DNA of 41,633 nt from an uncultured Nitrososphaerota archaeon (GTDB lineage Archaea > Asgardarchaeota > Njordarchaeia > Njordarchaeales > Panguiarchaeaceae), in contig CAZWPQ010000008.1 in assembly GCA_964636085.1 (NCBI GenBank), forward strand, positions 1 to 41,633. The letters are read 5' to 3'. The translations under genes were made by a program, and so were the position numbers. The stretch's first letter is position 1. Every line of letters begins with the position of its first letter. Under the pieces are notes generated by a model. The model was not told where the DNA came from, did no database searches, and saw only the letters and a program-made list of their open reading frames with translations. Shown piece after piece: positions 29,939 through 39,058 of the stretch.

Positions 29939-31475
29939 CCCGCCTGATTCTACCTAACCTTCTTGTGATTTTCCACAATCCTAGATAATTTTTTCTTGTT
30001 GCTGGTCTAGATAATATGTCCCTGCCGTCGGTGTCAATCGGTATTGGTAAGCCCTCGGTTGCTAACATCGTGGGGACAAGGTCATAAATGGATACGGATT
30101 TAGGATGAATATGGGGGATCCCATCGCCATAAGCAATGAATATACCGTAGAAATCGTGATAATTTACCAGTTTTTTAATCATTATGCAGCCCGTCAATAT
30201 TGCGGATGTTATATAATGGGCATTGACGTTTCCAAATATCCCAATATGAGGGGCATGGTTCACATATGGGCCCCTATAAAGTTTTTCCCTTGCAGCTACG
30301 ATCGAGAAAATTTTGGATCCCTCCGTATCATGAAGCCTCTGGAGTCTTTTTATGAGGATCTCAGCTAATTGTGGAGGGTTAGCCACGATGTGTTTATTTA
30401 CCATTATGTAGAATGCTGGGATGTTCATTAGGCAATAAGCCATGCTTTTGTCCTTGTCAACAAGCAGTCTGTACTTTCCTCTTATTATATGTCTGTATAT
30501 TCTTGCTCCGAAGGGTACTGATAATTTGAGGCCAAGCAAAATACTCCACATATTATTGAGAATAGAATACCTTATAGGTAGCCTATATGTATGTCTGATC
30601 GATTTGATACCCACCTTCCTTCTGAGGGAAGAAGAAAGAAGCCTGATGGATACCCCTCTCGCGAAACCCATCCGCCTTAGAATTTCATTGACGAATACTA
30701 TTCTCCTATAAACACTGAATCCATGATCTGAGATCACGAATACTTGGAGCCCACGCTTAAGCGCTTTATCTATTATCCTTGAGATTTGCCTATCTATTTT
30801 TGCGATAAGTCTGGTTATATGGCTTGGCTGTTTGCCGATTCTGATAAGATGATAATACCTATGGAAAATCCAGTCTAGCTCGCTTATAACAATAAAATAA
30901 TTCTCGAACTCCTCCATCTCCAGTAATGATTCAATCACCCAAGAGTTCCTATCTATTTTCAGCCCAACACCCTCGCAAACATTTCTGTCATCCAGATGCC
31001 TTTTCAGCTTAGGGTCGATGAAACTATACTCGCTCAATATGTCACTGATTTTTTTCCTTTTCCTAAATCTTATGACATAATTTCGGTGAGGAGAGAGCCA
31101 ATCAGCTATACCTACCCCATAAAGAATCGGAAATGGATATGATAAGGGGACATTGACAAGTACACATGGCCTCCTCATTATTGAGAATAATTCATATATA
31201 GGGGGGTATTTTATATCCAACGCGTTGTTTATATATATGCCCCGCGGAGTCGTCTTGAAAAAACTAAATACCCCATGCTTTCCAGGGTTAACACCAGTAA
31301 ATATACTAATCCAGGCTGGAATCGTCTGAGGAGGAAAACAGGTCTTAGCCCTCGCAAATACTCCTCTATCGGAAAGGAATTTTAGGGAGGACAATAACCC
31401 CAATCTCCGCAATGATCGTAGCCCCTCGGGACCAAGACCATCGATTCCTAATACTAGAATACTCAAAATAAACAC
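29931..31475 (-). CDS. Alkaline phosphatase superfamily protein (nucleotide pyrophosphatase/phosphodiesterase type)
   Basis: LGIDG, PPQTIPAWISIFTGVNPGKHG, DWIFH, SDHGF, H...GIF, DLVPT...DG. Confidence 0.9.
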   Translation of the reverse strand: MFILSILVLGIDGLGPEGLRSLRRLGLLSSLKFLSDRGVFARAKTCFPPQTIPAWISIFTGVNPGKHGVFSFFKTTPRGIYINNALDIKYPPIYELFSIMRRPCVLVNVPLSYPFPILYGVGIADWLSPHRNYVIRFRKRKKISDILSEYSFIDPKLKRHLDDRNVCEGVGLKIDRNSWVIESLLEMEEFENYFIVISELDWIFHRYYHLIRIGKQPSHITRLIAKIDRQISRIIDKALKRGLQVFVISDHGFSVYRRIVFVNEILRRMGFARGVSIRLLSSSLRRKVGIKSIRHTYRLPIRYSILNNMWSILLGLKLSVPFGARIYRHIIRGKYRLLVDKDKSMAYCLMNIPAFYIMVNKHIVANPPQLAEILIKRLQRLHDTEGSKIFSIVAAREKLYRGPYVNHAPHIGIFGNVNAHYITSAILTGCIMIKKLVNYHDFYGIFIAYGDGIPHIHPKSVSIYDLVPTMLATEGLPIPIDTDGRDILSRPATRKNYLGLWKITRRLGRIRRAK

Positions 31476-31632
31476 ACCGCTTTATTGAGTTATTTTTATC
31501 GAGTCTTAATCTGTATCCTTAACATAAATTTTTATATATAGAGAAGAAGTAATATTGTATGATAAACTTAGGTTAATGATGTCTCCCTAGCAGAGATTAC
31601 TGACAATAACGCTAATCAGGGGATGAAATGCT

Positions 31633-33024
31633 ATGACGAGAAAAACTAAAATAGTTGCAACCATAGGACCTGCATCGATGGATACTGATATAATGAAAAA
31701 AATGATAATCGAGGGGGTTGATGTATTCCGTCTTAATTTTGCACATGGTACATTGGAGGAAAAAAGAGAGATAATAAAGAGGATCAGGGAATTAGAAAAA
31801 GAGCTCGATATATACATAGCGATAATATCGGATATTCCTGGACGTGGCCCAAGAATAGGTTCTCTTCCAGAGCACTACCTCGAGCGAGGGGAAAAAGTGG
31901 TTATATCATTCGGTTCAAGCGAAAGTGACAATCCACATATAATACCCGTACCACAGATCGCTCTTTATGATATCATCGATGTTGGGGATGAGATTTTACT
32001 TGCGGATGGTAGGGTTATTGTTAAGATAGATAGAGTATTGGAAAATGAGGCTGAAGGAACTGTGATCTCCGATGGAGACATTAGGGCTCATGTAAGTATC
32101 ACTATCAGAAATAAACAACTCCCATTTCCAGCCCTCTCAAAGAGGGATAAAAATTTTGTATTGTTCAGCATAGAGAATAATGTTGATTACATAGCCATGT
32201 CTTTTGTACAAGCGAGAGAGGACATAAAAGAACTAAAGAAATTTCTAAGGGATAATGGTGGAGCCAACATAAAGATAATAGCCAAGATAGAGAACAAACC
32301 AGCCATACTAAACCTAAGGGGGATTATCGAGGAAAGCGATGGAATTATGGTAGCAAGGGGAGATTTGGGAGTACAACTTTCATTAGAGGATATCCCATAC
32401 TTAGAAAGTCTAATAATTAGGGAGACCTTGAAGAGAGGAAAACCCGTGATTCTAGCCACTCAAGTGTTGGAGTCAATGATAGAATCCCCAACCCCCACAA
32501 GGGCCGAGATAATGGACATAGCGACAGCTGTAGAGAAGGGCGTGGATGCGATAATGGTTAGTGGAGAAACCGCCATAGGAAAATATCCAGATAAGGTAAT
32601 TTCATGGCTAAGGAGGATTGTAGAGAAGGTTGAGGGGTATGTAAATTCTCCCAGATATGAGGCTAGTGATGATAGTCCAATTTATATTAAGTTTAATAGG
32701 AGCGTGGTTTCAATCGCAGAGTTCCTAGACGCGAAAATTGTGGCCTTTTCAACAAAAGGTTTTACGGCATTAGCCATCGCTAGGTTCCGACCAAGGACAG
32801 ATATTGTTGTTGTTTCTAATGATATACGAACGGTCAGACAACTCAAGTTGCTGTGGGGGGTCATACCAGTATATGTTAATAAGGAATCAATAAATCTAGA
32901 CGACCTCAAGAACATAATGCTTATGAAAAACCTAGCGATGCCTGGTGAAAGGCTTGTGCTTACCTTAGGATGGAGACACGAATTGGGGCCTACACAAGAA
33001 ATAAGGGTAGAAGAAATAAAATAA
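31633..33024 (+). CDS. pyk: Pyruvate kinase
   Basis: RKTKIVATIGPAS, RLNFAHG, IIAKIE, DGIMVARGDLG, ATQVLESM, PTRAE, SGETA.GKYP. Confidence 0.97.
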   Translation: MTRKTKIVATIGPASMDTDIMKKMIIEGVDVFRLNFAHGTLEEKREIIKRIRELEKELDIYIAIISDIPGRGPRIGSLPEHYLERGEKVVISFGSSESDNPHIIPVPQIALYDIIDVGDEILLADGRVIVKIDRVLENEAEGTVISDGDIRAHVSITIRNKQLPFPALSKRDKNFVLFSIENNVDYIAMSFVQAREDIKELKKFLRDNGGANIKIIAKIENKPAILNLRGIIEESDGIMVARGDLGVQLSLEDIPYLESLIIRETLKRGKPVILATQVLESMIESPTPTRAEIMDIATAVEKGVDAIMVSGETAIGKYPDKVISWLRRIVEKVEGYVNSPRYEASDDSPIYIKFNRSVVSIAEFLDAKIVAFSTKGFTALAIARFRPRTDIVVVSNDIRTVRQLKLLWGVIPVYVNKESINLDDLKNIMLMKNLAMPGERLVLTLGWRHELGPTQEIRVEEIK

Positions 33025-33067
33025 TCCACACTGCACAATCATTAATAGTGATCGCTTATGTCCGTGT

Positions 33068-34093
33068 TTATTCCGATTCTCCCTCTCTTTCTCCCGGGGA
33101 TTCTTGGATTTGCTCCAATGTAGAAGGTTCTTCGCTTTTTTGAATCGGCTCATATGTTTCTGTTTCGGATGCAGTCTGCTCTTTGATAGTAGATTTTATT
33201 GTAAAAATCCTCCGTGGAGTGGTAAGGTATCTATATTCGAAGTAACATGCAAAGGGAAGAGACATTAGCATTAATGTCGCGCCATATATAACTCCTGAAA
33301 TTAGAACGAATGAGAAGAATATATATGGGCTTAATGTCAAATTGAACGAGTGCCTAATTCCCGTCTCTAGAGTCTTGCGCCAAATTATAGAAACTATTAA
33401 TGCCCAGACGAGACCATTGACAACACTAACAATCTCAGCATGCTTTTTGTATCTAGTTATGAACCCCATTATTGGGCCAGGCAAAGCAAAATGGAAAATA
33501 AGGACGATAGCGGTATATGCTAACCAAGTTTCTCTATGATCTATCAATTGGTAGTAATGATTTATGAGCCACGTAATAAGTGCAAAGATGCTCATAACAC
33601 CCATTGTTATTAGCAGCATCACCATAAGACTTTTCTCATCTCTAGCCCCAAGCAGTGGATTTTTTCTATACCTGTTCACTAGGAATGCAGAAAAAGCATT
33701 TCTAAGTCTTTCCACATCGGCAGACTCTATGATTTCTTCCATAAGTACCTTATCAAATATCTCTTTCTCTTCTTGATAGAAATCCATAAAGGCACGCCAA
33801 ACAGCCTTAGGATTATCCCTAATGTCTACCAAAAAGAACACATAATACTCGCTCTTGCCATGTTTAAGCTTCCCTATGACTATCTGCATATCTTGGAACT
33901 CCATTCTACGCAATCTATCACCAAAGAGATCCTTAGAAACGACGCTAACTATGCCATATGTCATAGATGGTATATAGTCTCTTACGACTTTAAGGTGCTC
34001 ATAAAGATTCCTAGGGGTCTCGGGATGGATATAATCCCACTTACTTATTCCAGTTTCTCCAGAAATATCAACTATCGTCGCATAGTATATCAT
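33068..34093 (-). CDS. Longin-like N-terminal domain plus 4 TM helices and acidic tail
   Basis: IYYATIVDISG...SMTYGIVSVVSKDLFGDRLRRMEFQDMQIVIG...YYVFFLVDIRDNPKAV; four hydrophobic segments in aa ~155-283. Confidence 0.65.
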   Translation of the reverse strand: MIYYATIVDISGETGISKWDYIHPETPRNLYEHLKVVRDYIPSMTYGIVSVVSKDLFGDRLRRMEFQDMQIVIGKLKHGKSEYYVFFLVDIRDNPKAVWRAFMDFYQEEKEIFDKVLMEEIIESADVERLRNAFSAFLVNRYRKNPLLGARDEKSLMVMLLITMGVMSIFALITWLINHYYQLIDHRETWLAYTAIVLIFHFALPGPIMGFITRYKKHAEIVSVVNGLVWALIVSIIWRKTLETGIRHSFNLTLSPYIFFSFVLISGVIYGATLMLMSLPFACYFEYRYLTTPRRIFTIKSTIKEQTASETETYEPIQKSEEPSTLEQIQESPGEREGESE

Positions 34094-34144
34094 AACAACA
34101 CCAGTCTCGATAGATAATATCCTAAAAAAATAAATATAAAAATA

Positions 34145-36160
34145 TTATATTACAACTGATGCCTTTTTTCTCCGAGTTATTAAAAATAGCGACACGATCA
34201 GCAGAATGACGATCGCTACCGCCCCTATCCACGGACTACTGAGTACATATCCAGGTTCCAGTAACGATTTTGACTTTGATGATATTGTTATGCATATTAC
34301 TACTTGCCCCGTGTTTCCATAGAAATCCGTCGCAGTGATACTAATAATGTAGTAGCCATACTCATCAAAGCGTAAAGTAAAACTATTTATAGGCCCCAGA
34401 TACTCTAGTGCCTCGCTTCCATTCACATATATCCTTACGAACTCTACCTTAGATTCGTCACTTATTTCTATGGTGAATGTTACATTGAGGTCGTGCAGAA
34501 CGGAGTTGTTCGCAGGGGAAATAACCTCGATTATGGGGGGAGCGACATCGAGTGTATATTCTGTTTTGTCCAGCTTTAAACCTATTATGTCCTCATCGCA
34601 GAAATAGTGAAAATGCTTGATGAGTGAATTATATTCGTCATAGACACCTATACTTAGGTCATATATGCTCTTACATGTCGAACTTATCCGCACTGGCATT
34701 ACATCATGCTTGCCTACTCCCGATATGTGCTTGTTATAGGCTATGCCCATGAGATACTCGCCCGTGGTATTACGCCCATAGACTCTAATTGTCACATTCT
34801 TCGGGGTTTCTGAGTCTAGGTCTATATACATTGTGATATTATCTAGGTATCCATTGCCGTCGGTATCCCTACCTTCGATCCAAATATCATAGAACCATAT
34901 TCCAGGGTCTCTTTCTGCTATCTTCTTTGTAAGTTCATCCCACTGTTGGTGTTTTGAAGAATCGATAAAGTAATAATCACTCTTATATTCGGTCGATAGA
35001 TATATTGATATTCCATATGCGTTTTTATGATAGGTTAGGTTCCCCTTAAATAACACTGAATCATCCAAAGCATCTATGACTTGACTTATTAGTGTTCTAA
35101 GCGTAGCGTTGGTTGTTGCACCATACAGTAGCCTTAGGAAATGCCCTAGGTCCCTGTCCCAATAAAACCAAAAAGGCTCGGCATTTGACATCGCATAGGT
35201 GATGTTGTCTTTATATTCATCATAAAAACGTAGGAGATACCCAGACAATCTATTCAGCTTGGGATATAATCCATACACAACTGATGTTACATTTACTGCT
35301 GATAGCGTAGCGTTCAGATCTAAATGTAATGGGTTACTATAAAAACCAATGTACTCCTCCACAATAACCCTAGATAGATACCTAGGAGTCATCGATGCGT
35401 TCAAAACCAACCGATTTAGTATAGTATCGTATGGCCATCCATCTGAGCTTACGGCCTCCTGAGAAAAAACCACATAATCGGCATAAAGTCTAAGTCCATA
35501 TGCTACCTCTAGCATCCCCATGAGGCAGGCGTCAAATCCAACTATATCTATACGCACTCCAAACTGGGCATATATTTCGCTTAGGGCCTCATGGATTTCT
35601 GATGTATCAAGCATATCATAATAATTGTCATAATCTATACACGCACCCGGATATCCGGCGCCATGATCCCATAGAACAAGGATATAATTTTTTGCCGGAT
35701 AATTAGTGATGGAGTAATTTATAAAACGGTATAGTGTCTTTGGATCACCCATGTCGACCTCGCCCCAACTTTCATTGCACTTATCGGGATACGGCTCCAA
35801 ATTCTTGTATACATAGTATATCCGGGCATCTGTCCAGTCACCATAGCTTATATCGTCCTCCGAGCCTGTCCCGTCCCAACGATCAAACAGAACAACAATA
35901 GCGACATCATCCGTTGAGCCTACACTCGACATTTCTAGGAAATCATCAATAGCAAAGGACTCGAGGTTATTATCGCCATCCAAGTAGACCATAAATGTCC
36001 AGTTTCTAACCTCTGTGGCCCTGACAGATTTATCATTATTTTGATAGTCATCAAAAGTAGCTATCCTGTCACCTGTTTTGGCGACGTATAGCGTTACTTG
36101 AGAGGGATAAAGGATGGTAATAAGGACAAATAGTAGTAAGTACTTGCGTAGCAACAACAA
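34145..36160 (-). CDS. Clostripain-related cysteine peptidase (C11), membrane anchored
   Basis: WTFMVYLDGDNNLE, EVDMGDPKTL, LWDHGAG (His), GFDACLMG (Cys); Ig-like domain; C-terminal TM + RRKK. Confidence 0.93.
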   Translation of the reverse strand: MLLLRKYLLLFVLITILYPSQVTLYVAKTGDRIATFDDYQNNDKSVRATEVRNWTFMVYLDGDNNLESFAIDDFLEMSSVGSTDDVAIVVLFDRWDGTGSEDDISYGDWTDARIYYVYKNLEPYPDKCNESWGEVDMGDPKTLYRFINYSITNYPAKNYILVLWDHGAGYPGACIDYDNYYDMLDTSEIHEALSEIYAQFGVRIDIVGFDACLMGMLEVAYGLRLYADYVVFSQEAVSSDGWPYDTILNRLVLNASMTPRYLSRVIVEEYIGFYSNPLHLDLNATLSAVNVTSVVYGLYPKLNRLSGYLLRFYDEYKDNITYAMSNAEPFWFYWDRDLGHFLRLLYGATTNATLRTLISQVIDALDDSVLFKGNLTYHKNAYGISIYLSTEYKSDYYFIDSSKHQQWDELTKKIAERDPGIWFYDIWIEGRDTDGNGYLDNITMYIDLDSETPKNVTIRVYGRNTTGEYLMGIAYNKHISGVGKHDVMPVRISSTCKSIYDLSIGVYDEYNSLIKHFHYFCDEDIIGLKLDKTEYTLDVAPPIIEVISPANNSVLHDLNVTFTIEISDESKVEFVRIYVNGSEALEYLGPINSFTLRFDEYGYYIISITATDFYGNTGQVVICITISSKSKSLLEPGYVLSSPWIGAVAIVILLIVSLFLITRRKKASVVI

Positions 36161-36492
36161 TCACCGAGCATGCTCAATTAAATAAGTATAGTAAACGAAT
36201 AAAAAATATTATAAAGGCATGCTGATAGTTTGCTTGTCAAGAGTTTTCTCAATTTTTTAAAATGCAAAGTTTGTGACTTAAGGCTTAATCAGATTATAAA
36301 CTTAAACTACATGATCAAGAACGTGTCCTAAAATTGATATCCATAGGTATATTGGTAATGACGGATAAAGATCTATGATTTTGACATAGGTTAATTGTCT
36401 TTTCATCATCGCGATTAATAGCGTGTTTACCATGCATTATTTGTAATTGATATTGTTGTTCTTTTATAAGCTCTTTTTTAAAAGATTATTCT

Positions 36493-37062
36493 GTGGTGTC
36501 TTTGTTGGAGAAAGAGGAGCGACAAATAGGCGAGAGGTTTGTTGATTCTGTTATGGAGGCAATCAGGGAGAAAGTAAAGCAGGAGGCAATTCGATTAATT
36601 GTCAGAGAGGCGGCTGTTAAAATAGCGAAATATCTAGGAATGATGAATAAGGATTATGCGATCCATAAAGAGGCTGGAATTGTCGTCAAAGAAAAAATCG
36701 ATAAGACAGATACTGTAGACATATATGTGATATTTAGGCCTCCCGAGTGGATTGAGATAAGATCTCTTTTGGTGAAGAGCGATGAGATATCTGGCGAAGT
36801 GATGAGGGAATGTAATGTATTAGAGACCTTGATGATGCTTTCCAATGATTTTGCGGAGCTAAGCTTCTGCATGGACAAGGAGGGAAATATTTATGCAAAA
36901 CAGAACATATTGGTTGGGGCCCTCTCTTTTGACCTATTCAAGGAGGAATACGACGCCGTGTACATCTCTGCTCTAATATTCAGGAAGGAGATCCTTCCAA
37001 AGATCAAAAAATGCATCAAGGACTATGAGGAAATAAGAGGTGCCTATGCGGGGATTATATAG
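36493..37062 (+). CDS. YbjN / type III secretion chaperone-like fold protein
   Basis: Helix-strands-helix pattern with W.EIRS, LMMLSN, SFCMDKEGNIY, FKEEYDAV; paralogous to the next gene. Confidence 0.6.
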   Translation: MVSLLEKEERQIGERFVDSVMEAIREKVKQEAIRLIVREAAVKIAKYLGMMNKDYAIHKEAGIVVKEKIDKTDTVDIYVIFRPPEWIEIRSLLVKSDEISGEVMRECNVLETLMMLSNDFAELSFCMDKEGNIYAKQNILVGALSFDLFKEEYDAVYISALIFRKEILPKIKKCIKDYEEIRGAYAGII

Positions 37063-37491
37063 GTGCCCAACATGTCTTCGGTAACTGGATTGTTTTCGTT
37101 CTTTCTGGATAAGATCGTCAACTATTTGAAGCTTATGGGGAAAGAATTTAAAGTGTCACCAGAAGGCATCATTGTTAAGGATAAAGTCGATGACAATGAA
37201 GTACAGATACTAGTTATACCAACGGAGAAATGGATAAGAATCATTACAAGGCTTGACAAATTAGAAGAAATACCAGAGGATAAAAGACATGAATTACTGA
37301 TAGAACTCCTAAAATCAACACATAATCACCCAGAAATAAGCTTTGGGATTGATGAGGACGGATACATAGTTTCTGTTGAGGACGAGTATGTGTATGCATT
37401 CTACTTTGATGTCTTTGAGGAGGAATACACCGCTGTTCTCGCAAGCATAGAGATATACCAGAAAATCAAGAAAAGAATAATGGGAAAATGA
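37063..37491 (+). CDS. YbjN / type III secretion chaperone-like fold protein (tandem paralogue)
   Basis: W.RIIT, LLKSTH, SFGIDEDGYIV, FEEEYTAV; abuts the previous stop codon. Confidence 0.6.
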   Translation: MPNMSSVTGLFSFFLDKIVNYLKLMGKEFKVSPEGIIVKDKVDDNEVQILVIPTEKWIRIITRLDKLEEIPEDKRHELLIELLKSTHNHPEISFGIDEDGYIVSVEDEYVYAFYFDVFEEEYTAVLASIEIYQKIKKRIMGK

Positions 37492-37529
37492 TTCTTTTGT
37501 ATAACCCTACGTATATTTTTCAAGATGTT

Positions 37530-37949
37530 TCACCACCACCAAGAGGATGGAGCTTCACTAGGCCCTGCCCGTTCCCCTCTACGCATTTTTGAGATTAATA
37601 GACCAAATATAGCTAGTAATCCGATTGCTGGTAAAATAATGTATCCAGCGGGGGCAGTGCCGTATTCGTCTTCGAGACGAATTCCTTCTATTATCGTGAT
37701 TATTTGCGAAAATATCCCTAAAATGTCAGGAAAAACGTTGGAAGTCCTTTTAGAGAACAAAACAAACATTGGAAATCCCATAAGCCATATAATCGCGCCC
37801 CACCAAATGATCTTGATATAGAACCAACTATATTCAATCTCGCGAACAAAGGGGGCAATAAATAACAAAATCGCGAAGAAAAATGCGAGAAGCATATTAT
37901 GGTCCATCGATCGGACTGATGAGCTATAATAGTTATACACTATATCCAC
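37530..37949 (-). CDS. Small membrane protein
   Basis: 139 aa with 3-4 hydrophobic segments; similar to 38435-38947. Confidence 0.6.
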   Translation of the reverse strand: MDIVYNYYSSSVRSMDHNMLLAFFFAILLFIAPFVREIEYSWFYIKIIWWGAIIWLMGFPMFVLFSKRTSNVFPDILGIFSQIITIIEGIRLEDEYGTAPAGYIILPAIGLLAIFGLLISKMRRGERAGPSEAPSSWWW

Positions 37950-38434
37950 CTAACAATTCTTGTATTTTACATAAAAAAACAATAAAAATGTTAATGGTCT
38001 TATGGTAATATGCTCAGAGAGGGGAGATATTGTAGATTTTTCTAGGTCAATTATGGCTAATGCTGTATATTATTTTTCTTTAAGTAGTTTTTAGATTTAT
38101 CAGTGAAGGTATTAAACATCTCGTGGGAGGGATCCGAAAAATAGTTCTAAATTAGTATGGCATACATGATAGAAACATGTTTCTGATTGGAGATTGATAT
38201 TACATATATGCTTATATTGATGGAACTGGAAGCCAAAATACCCCCGGTAAGACCATGATATATGTAAAGACCGCTAACTAAGAGATGTACCTCTATGGAG
38301 CTTAATCTTTCTTAATAGAACAATTTTTTGTATATTTGTTGCTCCACTATATTATTTGTCATACGGGAATCATACATATAACGAGTTTTATATAACAAAT
38401 TTTTCATATATGTATGAAAAATGGGGGGTAGGAT

Positions 38435-38947
38435 ATGGAGAAGGCCCACATGAGGATAATAATGTCACTTCTAATGCTTGTTAGCTTCGCCATACCATGG
38501 TTCTATAAGAAGATAGTATATGAGTACTGGGGATACACTGCCTATGAAGTATCAGTCAAGGTTTATGGTTTTGGTCGTATATCTTCTAGTGCCTTCGGAA
38601 TTACATTTTCCGCATGGGCTTGGAGTAGAGAGGGATTTGGATCCAGCGTATATTATCTTGGCCCAGTTATACTGATACTAACGTTGATATACTTTGTACT
38701 TCAACTCCGGCCTCTGATGCCTGCTCTACAGACTCCCGAAGTCGAGAAGAGTAGCCCATTTATCGGCATTTTGGCTCTGGTGCTTGGATTGATCTATGGT
38801 ATAAAGGCATTTGATGACTTCAAAGACAATGTAGGAGTATCGCCTGCACCGATAGGTTTTATTATATTCTTAGTGTTTGGAATAATAACACTAATACTAG
38901 AGTTCATGGAATGGCAGCGCCCTGCAAGTGCAGAGACTGTTTGGTAG
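38435..38947 (+). CDS. Four-TM membrane protein
   Basis: TM1-PW-beta-rich loop-TM2-TM3-TM4; GGGGTAGGA RBS; downstream T-run. Confidence 0.7.
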   Translation: MEKAHMRIIMSLLMLVSFAIPWFYKKIVYEYWGYTAYEVSVKVYGFGRISSSAFGITFSAWAWSREGFGSSVYYLGPVILILTLIYFVLQLRPLMPALQTPEVEKSSPFIGILALVLGLIYGIKAFDDFKDNVGVSPAPIGFIIFLVFGIITLILEFMEWQRPASAETVW

Positions 38948-39058
38948 CATGCTATGATAATGAGTAACTATAATTTATCTTAATTTTTTTTGGTCAAGTT
39001 TAAACACTCTTCTGTTGTGTTGTTTTATGTGATGTATTGTCTACTGTAACAACTTTTT

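Noticed and set aside
38171-38184. Perfect palindrome AGAAACATGTTTCT between divergent genes
   Set aside because: 7 bp AT-rich arms are plausible by chance in 41 kb, and it is far from either start
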